The notes under the pieces are model-generated. The model saw only the letters and a list, made by a program, of their open reading frames with translations. It did not search any database and was not told where the DNA came from. From Yuukianura sp. NJ FZ-2021 (Eukaryota): 64,000 nucleotides of DNA. The stretch lies in NCBI GenBank assembly GCA_046563655.1, contig CM102287.1:4464001-4528000 (forward strand), given 5' to 3'. Of this stretch, positions 13,201-25,800 are shown in pieces. The stretch's first letter is position 1; each line of letters begins with the position of its first letter. A program made the position numbers and the translations under genes.

Positions 13201-15620
13201 ATCCCAATTAATTCCTCCCCTAACCTAACCTTAACATAACATACACCTAGCCTAACCTTACAAACTAAACTCATCCCCTACCTATGTATCTCTAAAATCT
13301 CAAATCCAGTTTAAAAGCTTTTCCAGAGAACAAAAACAGAATCAGAACAAAAGAAGAAAAAAAAAGTAAATTCACAATTGAAAATGAATCCCTCACCCTC
13401 ATTTTACTTTAGTTTTTTCAATGAAATTCAAAACTACCACCAGAATTGCATGCCTACAGGTAAGAAGAATCAAAACTTTTGTTGCGCAATCGCAAACCGT
13501 TTTGTACCCACCACCATCCGCCTTACTTCAACCAACCCATATCCAATTTCTTTCACCTGGTTCAAGGGGAGTTTTCTATTTGAAAACGGTGTAATCCTAA
13601 CCTCAAGCCAATTCCAACGGACTTCTCTTGTCACATACAGACCAGGTGAAACTCAATCTGCGTTCCATACCTTCCCTGGATTAGGCTAACATTCCAGATT
13701 AGGTTAACCTAATGAATAGAAAAACAGAATTTCAAAAAGAACTGGACAGCATTTGACCCAAAATGCGGGTTATTAGGTTAATCCAACCAAATGGCTTAGC
13801 CTAACGACTAAGATTCCCAGATTCAGCTTGTAGAATTTAGGAGTAATTAGAATCTTAGTTGTAATTAATTTCCAGGTATTTTGGCAGTCTTTTGGACATC
13901 GCATTTGGGTTTGTTAGGCTAAAGTTAGGTTTTAAGGAAGAGATTAGGTTTGGGCGGATGAGTCTCAAGTGAGAGATCATTTCCATTAACATTTGGATGA
14001 CTTGAAGGAGACTATTCTGCATTATCCTTAGCATTCATTCCAAGACGCACCACTAAACCAAAGAAACTTCCAGGGAAACACAATTATCATAACCACTTCC
14101 GCTGAAAAACTAAACTTAGAGACTCATCATCCACTTACCAGGTCACACTTCAAAAGTACCTCGAACTTATACTTGGAAATACTTTTTCAAAAAAATCAAT
14201 CACAAAAAAAAATATGACTCATTATATTATAACATAACATAACCTCAAGAAAAACACTTTTAAAGGACATCCTATCTAAGGGCAGGGCAAAATTAAAAAT
14301 TAACACAGTAAAATCAAAACACATAAATTGCAAATAAGTATGCAATTTACAACTTTATGCCGCATGCCGTTTGCAATTTTTCGAAAACAACGTAAAATAG
14401 AACACGAAAGAAAGGCTTCAGGTTTCCTGCATCCCTAAAACAGAGACGTATGAAGTGAAACATAAAAGTTTTTCAAAAATTTTTCAACCAAAAAAATCAT
14501 TTAGAACACTTTTTCCAAAAAAAAACATCATTTTCTGGCATTTTAAAAATTGGGCAGAAAGAGCGGCGAAGAGGAAGAGATAAAAACATTTTAAGAATTT
14601 TAAAAGTTGATATGCTTAAGAGAGGCGCTAGAACGCAAAAGTAGGCTAATTAATTAGAACATAGGACTTTCTTTGTCCAAAAATTTGTTTTACTCACAAA
14701 AATATTCTCTTCCAAAAAACTTTTTTTTTTCAAAAACCTGTTTTTTTCCTCCTGGGAAGTCTACAAATCTCAAAGTATAACTTTGGTATCACCTTGGCTC
14801 GTGCTCAAGGAAAACCTTGAAAAAAAGTGCCTGGTTCCCCAAATACCTGCTGAATTCCAAATCAACACCTCGTTCTTTTACACACAAGAAAAAAAACGAT
14901 GTTTCCCAAGTGGTGACAAAAACTTTTTTTTTGCTTTTCCTCCTTCCGCCTTCCCAATTTTACTTGGAAAGTGAGCCAAAAAATTTCAAATCTCGGAATA
15001 AAAAAATTCGAATCTGAAAAAACAAACTTCGAACAAGCATCTCGCCAGCATCTTAGTACTTGAAAGTCTCCACAAAAATCAACCTGACGCGCGTCTCAAT
15101 GAGAGGCGTCACGAACAAATAAAAAATAAACTTACAAAATCTTCCCCAATTTTATTTTTATATTTGTTGGCAATCACGCTCCTTTCCTGCCACTCACGAA
15201 GAAAAACAGCAAAAAAGAAAAAAAACCTGACTCCTCCAAAAGTTAGAAATCTGAAACTCTTCCGTAAGTTTTACATCACATCCTGTGCACAACTTTATTG
15301 CACAAATTGTGCATAGTGCACTACTTGACACCATCTCATCATAACTTTTTGTGCCCATAATGTTATAACATTGACTCATAAGTAAAAAAAGTGTTGGAGC
15401 ATGTCACCTCCACTCCGCCTCCACTTTTAACGAAGATGAATGAGGTCAATTACAAACTAATTAATTCCCAAGAGACGTAGCAAAGGAGACTTCTTCTGCC
15501 AAAAATCATAACTTCACACTCACAGATCAACTTCACAGCGATCTCTTATCCAATTATTACAAAGTGTCAATTTCACACTTCCCCCGTCACCTGTTCATAT
15601 TTTATATTACAGTTTTCAAA

Positions 15621-16269
15621 CAGTGTTGACAGATCCCCGGGGATTATATGCTTTCCCCGGGGAATTGGGGTTATCCCCAAATCCCCGGGGATTTGGGGAA
15701 AATCGGGGCTCTGGCGATGTTTTGTAAAGCGCATGCGCAGCGTCTGCGCAAACCCAAAATTCAGCGTAGCTCCACCCCGAGCATTCCCACACTCCACCCT
15801 GTTTTGTTCTTTGTTGCTATCCATCGTTATTAAACTTTATAATTTAAGTCCAATGTTGAATATTTTATATTCTATATTATTTTTAATATATTATAACATA
15901 GTTATTATGTTTTATTTTTAATATATTATAGTATAATTATTATTATATTATAAACTACAGCATATAAAGGTAATACATAATGATATTCAGACTGGCTGTA
16001 GTATATCATGTACAGATATTATTATATAAATGTTATATAATAAATATAATGTATTCATAAATAATATATAATATGAAATATTCAATACCGGACTTTTAGA
16101 ATCACATACTTCAATGTTATTATATTGAAAAACAACAAAAAATGTCAGCCATTTTGGATAAAAAAAAACTAAATCCCCAACACCCCCAAAATCCCCACTT
16201 CCGAGGGTGGGGAAAACCCCAATAATCCCCATCCCCGTCCCCAGTGGGGTGGGGGTGCTGCCAACACTG
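15621..16269. mobile_element. Non-autonomous hAT-superfamily element (MITE)
   Basis: 12-bp TIRs: CAGTGTTGACAG on the left, and the right end reverse-complemented reads CAGTGTTGGCAG. 8-bp TSD TTTTCAAA (15613-15620, 16270-16277). Subterminal ATCCCC/GGGGAT repeats at both ends and a very AT-rich core. CAG termini with an 8-bp TSD are characteristic of hAT elements. Confidence 0.88.
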
Positions 16270-17000
16270 TTTTCAAAAATTCAAATCGAAAAGTTTCATA
16301 TTTTCAAAAATTGTCAGTTTTGGACCAAGGTCTATAAGAAATATGAAACGGTGAATTCTATTTCTGAAATTTCCAATTGAATTTAATTTATGACCGACAG
16401 TCGTCTCAGAAAAACTCAAACTAAATGATGTATTTTTTTCCTAAACAGAAAACTCCCGGGTATTATGCGATTTCCTCGACAGAGAAATAAGTTGGCAGGA
16501 AAAGAGGGGGGCCCTTGGAGGACCGTGTGGACCCTTCGTCCGTGTCGAATTCTGTCCCTTCACTTTCCCCTACACTTTGGATTGCTGCCTGACTCTGACT
16601 CTGCTTCCACCTCAGCTCACCCATTGTTCTTCCCTGCACAACATAAACCCCAATCACTGTTAGAAAGTAAGGAGAGCCACAGGAAGCCCCACTAATCCCA
16701 CTTCTCTCTCATCATCATCTCTCTAGCCCCACCGTAGCCCCACCAACATCCAAACTTATAGTAGATAACTCATTCAGATTTCAACTTCCCCTACTCCATA
16801 CCTTCCGCTCTTAAAACTTTCCCCTTACTCAACTTTCCCTTCCGAAAACCTAACCTAGCAGTGGAAAACTTCCGAAATGGCCACACACGGTCCCCGTAAG
16901 TCACGTGTCAGCTTCAGCACTAACATTTTTCTCGGATCATCCGTCCCGTGTGTCCTAATCCTTCATTTATACAATTTACAAAACAAAATGGCCCTTGCAC

Positions 17001-17437
17001 AATAGTTACTCCATCCAACCAAATGAAATAGTTACTCCCTACTCCAAAAAAGAAAAATAGTTACTCCATCCAGACAAAAATCATTCTTCTGTTTCAAAAT
17101 AAAATAGTTCACCCGCTTTTTTAGAAAAGAAATACTTACTCCCTCCAAAAATTGCTTAAAAAATAGTTACCCCCTCCAAAATTGCTTCAAAAAATAGTTA
17201 CAAAATAGTTACTCCCTTCAGGCCTGGAATTCGTATATAGTTTACTGGGTATGCTTTTCGAGCTGAAATAGTTACTTCCTCTAGAAAACGTTACTGTGTC
17301 CAGCCTTGAAATGAAACAGTTTACTTGAAAGGCTTTCTGAATTGAAATAGTTACTCCCGCCAAAAAAAGTTATTCTGTCCTGTTTAGAAATAAAATGGTT
17401 TACTGTCTATGTTTTTGAACGGAAACAGTTACTCCCT
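17001..17437. repeat. Irregularly spaced direct-repeat array of AAATAGTTACTCC (about 11 copies)
   Basis: Copies start near 17001, 17026, 17056, 17102, 17130, 17161, 17192, 17203, 17266, 17346 and 17423, with variable spacers. Confidence 0.75.
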
Positions 17438-20400
17438 GCAGATTGTGGAGTGAAGATGTGACATGGTAGTGACGGAGTGGAAGTTATGGGACAGGAGAAG
17501 CGGGAAAAGTCAATTGAGTCTATTTAAAAGTACAGACCTAATCAATCTCTGACTCAATGAGAGAAAGTGACAGGCCTATTATGCCCAACTTTCACTTCAA
17601 CTCACTTTCATTACTCCAGAGGCATTAAGAAAGCGGAATCTGATCCAGGGGAGAGAAGGCGCGCCAAATGAAAAATTCAAAGGTAACAACTCCCAAAACT
17701 CCGAGAGAAGAAAGAAAGTGATGGATAAGGGCCCCCTTAATCGCCTTCCACTCCCACCGCCTCGTCATCCCTCAAAGTCCAAGTCTTTTCAAACCTAAAT
17801 GAACTGAAGGGAAACTCTGTTGAAAACCGCGGGAAAACAAAAAGTTCATTCAAAAATTTCCCCCATTTCGATTAACAAAAATTCAAAATTCGCTTTCACT
17901 TTCTCCAAGACACAAGACCTCACAATTCACATTCACTTTTCTTCTAGAACAAAATTTCATAATCCAATTTTCTCTAAAATGAAAATTTTTGAAAATCAAC
18001 ATGCGCAGGCGGGTAAATTCAAAAGTTACGCAACCACTTTCAAGTTTCTACGTGTAGCTTTCACCTCTCGTCGACCTGAGATGAAACCTGAGAAGAGTCC
18101 ACTTTCACTTCCTTTCGAATACCTGTCATATTTACTCACACGAACTCTCATTCTCAAGAGGACTTGAACTTTTTAAGAATTCCGCAACCCACTTCCCCCT
18201 CCCCCTTCAGAGGGGGACTTGCCGTCTGTTGGGAATTGGATGGAGGGAAGAGGTTGAATTTAAAGAGAGTTAATGGACGGGCCGTCCAAAGTGTCAGGTG
18301 AAAGCAGTTCATTCTCCAGATTCCTTCCAGAAACTCATCCGACTCACTCGCCCCAACTACCTTTCTCCACCTTCAAAGGACTTTCTACGTCCCAGGAAAA
18401 AAAAACTAACGTAAAAACCTAGCCTAAAAAAGTCTCAGAAAAAACTAAAGGTCCACTCTCATTTGGTTCACAAAACTCCATTTTCACAAAAGCACTTCAA
18501 AAGCCACACTCCATTGCACACGGCACAAAATTACGGGAAAAAAAATTCTACTTCGTACATACTTTCACATCCACCCAAAAAAAATTCAGTCACCTTTGTG
18601 CCAATTTCTGACTTTTCTCAGTTTCCGCCACTCGGTCGTAATACAAATTTTTACACCATCTTACGTTACTAACCTAACCCTATTAGATTGAAAAAAATAG
18701 TCTAACACAACTTCAAAATTTGTTTTCCAAATTTTGTGTATCAAAATTCTTATTTACTGTTGTAAATTTTCTGCTTCAAAACTGGAGTTGTTTTCTCTAA
18801 TTTTATTTTTGAAAACTCGAGTGTGTTTTCTCTATATTTTTTTTCTTTGAAAATGCGTGTTTTTCAAGCTTTTTTTGGAAAACTCGTGCTTTGGAGACAG
18901 GAGCTCCGAGTGAGTGCGTGGAGAAAGTCGTGTTACCTCTACCTGCCTTCTGCCCAATTAGATCGAGGATCGATAAATAAGAAGGGGAGTCATGGAGATA
19001 TGCTGCTGTCTCCTCCTCATCTGCCCACTGAAAGTACAACCCGCACTTTCCCCTGCTTTCCACCTATGTATAGCCTTCGTGTGGATTTGGCATTAGACGC
19101 AGCGGGGGATTTGAAGCAGGTGAAGTGAAAGTGGGACCATTTCATTAGGCCGAAGGAACCAAAAAGTAAGAACAATTCCATGTGGAGAGCCATCTCCCCC
19201 TTCGGCAGCCCATTCCTCTTCTGCCCTGTCACAGCCCCACTCGCTCTCCTTTCACCGTCTTAGCTTTCACTTTTTAGAGCAACGCTTTCCTACAAGAAGG
19301 TCTAGCTTCTGGAGAAGCCAGGAGCTGCTCCCTGGAGAGGCTCTATTAATTGGATCAAGCAGGACTAGAAGGCTTCAAGGACCCCCCTCACCTACACCTG
19401 TGACCACCTCCACTCATCAACCTTAACAGGAGCCACGCTACACACAGAACAGCATTCATCTCACAAATTAACAAAAACTAAACTACTTTCTCCCATAAGT
19501 CACGCAAAAAGCAGGAAATTTTATGGCCAAAAGTAGCCGCTTTTTGTTATCCGGTCATAACTCAAACAACGGACACCGTCTTTAAAAAAAGTTTGGCAGA
19601 AACTCACACCGCTACTCGCAGAAACTCACTTGCGAATCCCAAAAATCACTCGCTAATTCGCTGAAGTCAGAAAAACTCAAAGAAATACGCCTGATTTAAA
19701 ACCTGTGAAGTTCGCCTACTTAAAAACTCAAACAAATTCCGCCACTCAAAAAGTCACATACTATAATAGTACTCAAATATGAAGGAATTCCCAAGCTACG
19801 AAATACCACTCTACTCAAGAAACTCGTCAAACTCGTTTCAATAATAACTTACTTTCACTTTCATAAAAAAAACCTTAATCTTAATCCTTAACATTACATT
19901 TACATACATGCAAACGAAAAATGCTCCTTTCGGCGAAAAGCGAGCAAAAGAAACTACCAATAAAGTTACGAAAAAGAATTCTAAAAAAAAAATTTAAATT
20001 GTAACCGGATGTAATGTAAAGTTGTTGTTGATGGGAAAGAGTTTTGTGTAGGCAAAATGTTTTACTCTTCTTTTTTTTTTGCAACTGCTGACCTCCTTAC
20101 TTTTGAAGTTTAAAAACTGGAAAGTTTTACAAACTTTGTTTAGTTTGTTTGGAGGAGAAAGAGGAAAAAAAGTAGAAAGTAGCCTTCGAATTTTCCTCTT
20201 TTTTTTCTGAGTTTTTGGAGCTGCCCAGATTTCTTTAAAGTTTTGCTGTGGACTGTCCATAGGATTAGGGTTCGCTTGAAAGTTGATAATAAAGTGACAT
20301 TGGATAAGACTCTTTCCTCTGTCCAGGAAAAGTTCCTTTCTTCACTGGAGATCCCCTGGAAGACAGGTTGTGTCCAAGTGGAGAGTGGCATCTGCTCAAG

Positions 20401-21689
20401 CCTAAGCCCCACCTAAACCCCACTTTTTCCAAAAACGAAAAAAGTTGCAATTGAAGGGAATCAAGGTAGAGAAAGCACCGGGAGACAGACGGGCTCTTGA
20501 AAGGCCGGCTTCAATCGGACTTTCTTCCAAAACCTAATCTCAGGATTTACAGTAAAGAGACAATGCCCAACACACACGCACAACAAAAGAAACAAAAACC
20601 AAATCCTACTTTTCAGCTCCAAAATGAAAAAATTCATAAACACCTTTATCCTCAACCTTTAGAAATTCCCTCTGTTTTGAATTTTCCTGGTCTTTCACTT
20701 TCTCTTACAAAAAAAAAGATTTCTAGTTTCAGCTTATTCTCAAATTTTAACAAAAAGATTTTCACCTCAAATGCTCACAGTTTTCTTTTCAAAAACAAAT
20801 CCTCCTGTGTACCGACCAAGAATTGGACATTTTCATTTTCAAAATCAGCTTTACTTTTTCTAAACTTTTTACGAATAAAACGCAATTCCAAATCGGATCT
20901 AGGTTCAATTTGAAAAAAGAAAAAAAGAAGAAGCTACTCCCGATTCCAAAGGCCGGACATTTGAAAGTTACTTTAAAAAACACGCATTTTTTGTGATTAC
21001 GAATTCTCGAAGATTGAAATTAGTTAAATAGAACTTTTAAATGGCTTGAACGTTTTCCGTTGAGTTTAAATTTAGCTGAAGTTTCTTTTAGTATACTACT
21101 AATGAGTAAAATTACATTTGTGATTTGAAAAGACAGATTCACACCTAAGGAAAAGATGAGCCACTTTGTGGAACATGAGAAATGGAAAGTGGGGAAGAAG
21201 CGACTTGGGTGGCTGTGGGGTTTGTCCTTGGCGGGAGATTGACTGCTCTTGGTTTCTCGGTTTCCGCACTCACAAAAACAACATTTCACAAATCATTGGA
21301 AGGAGAGAAAGCAAATAAGGAGCTCTTTAGGCTCCATTCCGACTGAGTGGGGGGTCGGAGGGGGGTTCAAGGAGGTTGGGGGGCCATTACGCACCCCATT
21401 ATCATTTCATGCCACGTCAATTCGAACCCACCTCCAGCTCACCTTCACTTTCTCCACATTCCACTTTCACTCCCACTTCCAGCTGTCTCTCAACACTCAA
21501 CTTCCAACCCACATCCCCACAACTGAACAATCTCAGCCAAACAAATTGAACAAAACGAGCCTATTACTTCAACTTCAAGAAAAAAAAACATAAGGAAGAT
21601 CCTACCTTTTGTGAGACTCGATCCCACAACCCCATTTTGTAGATTCCAATACTTCTTGAATTGGCTATACACCTGGCCCCTCTCCCTAG

Positions 21690-21750
21690 TCCAATTTTAG
21701 CCATTGAGTCAAAAACACAAGTCGTAGGTTCGAATCCCGCACGGTGTGAG
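21690..21750 (+). pseudogene. Degenerate tRNA-derived sequence (possible SINE head)
   Basis: B-box GGTTCGAATCC (21727-21737) in a gtagg/cccgc stem, followed by cggtgtgag, similar to the tail of the 4629-4700 copy. Confidence 0.35.
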
Positions 21751-22656
21751 TAAAAAATTCACTTTTTTTTAAAAGAACTTTTGCTTTCAAGGTCATGTGA
21801 CCTTGATTTCGAATAGCTTGATGATTTATTAGCTTTAAGTGAAAGCCTCAACTTTTAAGAATTTCACGGAATGCAAAAATTCACTTTCTCCGCTCCCCAC
21901 TCCCTCCCTCCAGGGAGTCTCCCGAGCTCCAAAAAGCGGCTCCAGATCGACAATAAAGTGCCGACTGATAACAATGGTCTCGAGGGGGTGGGAGGGGGCG
22001 GGTGGGGAGCCATAATCTCCGGGGACAACTTTCTCCTGCTTTCCCTCCTTTTAACTCTGCCTGCTCTTTGGTCCGCCCTCTCAAATGAAGGGCACCATAA
22101 AAAGAAAGGTAAGTTAAAAAGTGTAAGACTTACAAAACCTAACCAAAAACTTTTTTCCCCTACTTCCAAGAAGAAACTGAAAAATGTTTGAAAATGGACT
22201 TGGACTTGGCTGGTTACGTGGAGAGCAAGAGAGGCGGAAAGAAGTCAAAGTGGATTCGGAAACAAGGAAATCAGTTGGCGGATGTGGGAATTCTCATCTT
22301 CATCCTCCTTTTTGCATAGGATTCTAATTTATTGAAGAGCATTAACTTTCCCCAACCTCAAATCCACTTGGAAAGGAGTACTAGAGTAAGGGAGGAAATG
22401 GACTCCTAGACGACGCCAACCTTAAAACTTCAAAAAATCCCGCCTTTTCAAAACTTTCCACCTTTCCCCTCCAATTCTACCTTGTTCGAAACAGAGTTGA
22501 TCCTGTCCGTCACTTTCCCCCTTTTATGGCCTTCCTGCTTTCTCCTATGTAATAAAAACCAACCTTCCCCTTCAGCATTCCTTTCAATCAAACTTTCTCC
22601 TAAACACAATCCACTCAACATAACCATTCAAAAAACTTTCTCCGACTTTAACTTTT

Positions 22657-22822
22657 TTACACCTATATCTTTACACATCTCACGCATCTCAGATTTCGAT
22701 TTTGCACGTCTTATTACACATCTAGTACACGTTTAGATTTTACACGTCTTACATATCTAGACGTTTTTACACATCTACAAATTACTCATTCTGAGCTCCC
22801 AAGTTTTGCCCATTTACACATC
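22657..22822. repeat. Degenerate short-unit array TTACAC(A/G)TCT
   Basis: Roughly 8-10 variants of ttacacatct/ttacacgtct within about 165 bp. Confidence 0.55.
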
Positions 22823-25800
22823 CGCCGATTTCACTAATTTTTTTTCCTTTTTTGAACACTTTTCTCATGTAAAATTTATCCTTGAAACAAAAAATTGTTA
22901 AAAACCGGCTAAATTTTCTTTTCCAGTTAACCAGGTTCATAACCCCAAAAAAGTTCATTTGTTCTCAAAGGAAACGGGGGATTTTTTAAATTTTGAAAAA
23001 TGGTTAAGATTATTTTAGATAAAAAGTCGTTAAAAGTTAGTAACATCATGAAGGGAAAAAACTGCAAAAAGAATTCAGGATTAGGATGAATAAAATTACT
23101 CGTATTTTCTATTTTGGCATGAGATCCTTGCTTACACCAGCAGTTTACACACTTACTGCTCGACTGCTGTTGTGCTCTTGCCAAATTATTTTTGGTTATC
23201 ACCTAAAAAATTGCAAATCAACAACTCAGGCTCCTACTCGAAAAGCTCATCTACGCCTTAAGTAATTGGCAATTGTTGTTAAATTGGCAATTAGTAATTT
23301 ATAGAAATAACCACAAGGAGAGACAAGAACTCTCTACTCTGTCTCTGTTCAATTCCAGAACAATCGAACGTCTGATTGGAAGTAAAAAATCTTTCAAGTG
23401 AAAACATAGAATGCAGTGCTCATGATTACAAAAGCTTTTCCACCCTCCTCACCAACCACAAACATCCAAACTACAAAGAAAAAAATGAAAGATAGAAAAA
23501 ACGAGTCCGAATTTTTGTCAATTGGCCTTTTCCGATGCAATGAACCGGAAGCGCCTAATCAGAAACAAAAAAAAAACTACGGGTCTCGAGGAAATAACGC
23601 ACATCTTACATCTCTACTTCCCCACATTGTTATTCTCATCTCTTGTCACAGCCAAGACAAAACGCGGGTGGGTGGGGAGGTGGGTATCCCCATGGGTAGT
23701 ATGGGGGGACCACTTGTGCAATACACAGAGAAGTTCACCCTATGTTATACATAAATTTTATGTTATGTTATGTACAATTATGTAAATACATAGTATATTA
23801 GTCAATGGTACTTGAATTTGTTCACCGCACGCGTGTTATAAACGCACCGATTTAATTGGGGTGCTCAACAAGGGACAACCGCATTCACCTGATTGCAGAG
23901 CGGTTGCGGATTTTCGATTGTGCTTGTGCATAAAGCTTAACAAGCGCCGTGTGTGTACACATTATGCACAAAGACATTGAAAGATGCATTTGAAAATGGA
24001 AATTAGCGCCCTTCTTCGGTGGAGCGGTGGCTAAGGTGGGGTCGTTACTGTAGTAAATGAGTTCAATTCATCGCCTTGGCAACAGCGACATGGAGGCACT
24101 TTACTTCCAAGAGTCCCTATCAATTGGAGCATCCGGTTCTCAATCAGGGCGAAGCAGGGGAGATTCGAACGAGCGGAGAGCAAAAGACAGGAGATTAATC
24201 ATCTCCCCTCCTCACCCAATCCACTGAAAACGCACACGGCACAAGCAGGATTTTCAAAAAGCCACCGGAAAAGACTCCTTCCGGAAACTGATTAAGAGCC
24301 ACCTCCACCATTTCGAACCACCGGCCCCACCATATTCTCATCACTCATCCCAAAACACTCACCTTTCAAATTCAATTTTCACAGAAATTCAAAAATTCGA
24401 TAAAAAAAAATTCGAAATTTGGAATTTCGGATTATAATTTATATACACAATTAGGTCTATGACGAAAAACAACCTGAGAAAAACTTCGCGCCAGAAATCT
24501 CATTAATAAAATTATTTCATCCGGATCGGATCTTCTCACTTTTATCAAAAATAAAAAATGAAAAGTTTAACAAGAATTTTGCAGTTTTTCTGTTCTCTTT
24601 TCAACCAAGAAAATGTTTAGAGCGTGTTTACATCGTCGCCTGTCCTCGTCACGCTCTCTTCAGATTTTTTTTCAATTCATCATCTTAAACTTAGGTTCAA
24701 GCAAAGCCAAAATCTACGACCCGAGTTAGCTTTAGCTCCTTCCCATTAATTTGTTTACACAAAACCCATTACGAAATTTACACGTCTCGCGTCACGTAAG
24801 GACAAAAAAATTCATCCATAAAGACACGAAATCACCTTCCTGGCGCCAATTCTACAATACGTTTTGCACAACAAAAAAATAAGCGTAAAACAAAGCAAAG
24901 CTAACCTGAAAATAGAAACAAAAGTAAGAATTTCACTATAAAGTTAGGCTAACTTGAAAAAAAAATAACTCCTGAAAAAAATTAACCTAACATAACCAGG
25001 AAATTCTGCATAATCTCACTCAAGTAACCACCTTTGCAACAATCACGTAACCCAAGCGTAACCGTCAGCGTAACCTCAAGTTCAAAGCTACTACTACTCT
25101 TACACAGGTAACCACAATCAAAACAGGTAACCACAATTAGCATCAGCGTTTTACAAACAAACCAAAGTGCGTCATTAGCTTTCTGCAGTTGCTCCACTTT
25201 AGCAAAACCAAAAGAACAAAAGGAAGCTTTGTGGTAAGATTTACCTGCAAGGAATTGCAAAAAAATAAAAACACAAAAGAAAACCTCGCCTCTTGTTTTC
25301 GTTTTTTGAAAAACTGCTTTCCATTGTTTTTTCGTGACAAGAAAGAAACTTTTGTTAACCTAGCATTGAACCAACCTGGAATTACTCTTCTTCCTACAAT
25401 TTCAAACGAAAAAGACTAAAGTGACGACATTCACTTCCGTCACCGTGTCACGTACAATTCAAACTCATCTTCCCCTAAAAAGCGAAGGTTCCATTAGTTT
25501 AGGTGTTCAAAAAAACACAGATCCGTCCAAAAACACAGTGTTTTTTCTGTGTTATTTTTAGTTTTTCCTACCTCTCCACCTAGCTCTTCAACATTTTACC
25601 ACAAAAACTTGTGCAAATGTAAAACCCTGTCCGTCTGAGATATCAAAAAGTTTTTTCTGGATTCGCATTTGGCGATACATCTCAAAAATCCGTCTTCACT
25701 GAACCTCGATCTACCAAATTCCAATACGAAAGAGGAGTCATTAACCTTCCTGTGCTCAGGAGAACCAAAAATATCCTCCGCCTTTGCCAAAATGTTGCAA

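Noticed and set aside
17001..17437. Repeat-spacer pattern as a CRISPR array
   Set aside because: Eukaryotic context, repeats short and degenerate, spacing irregular, no cas genes.
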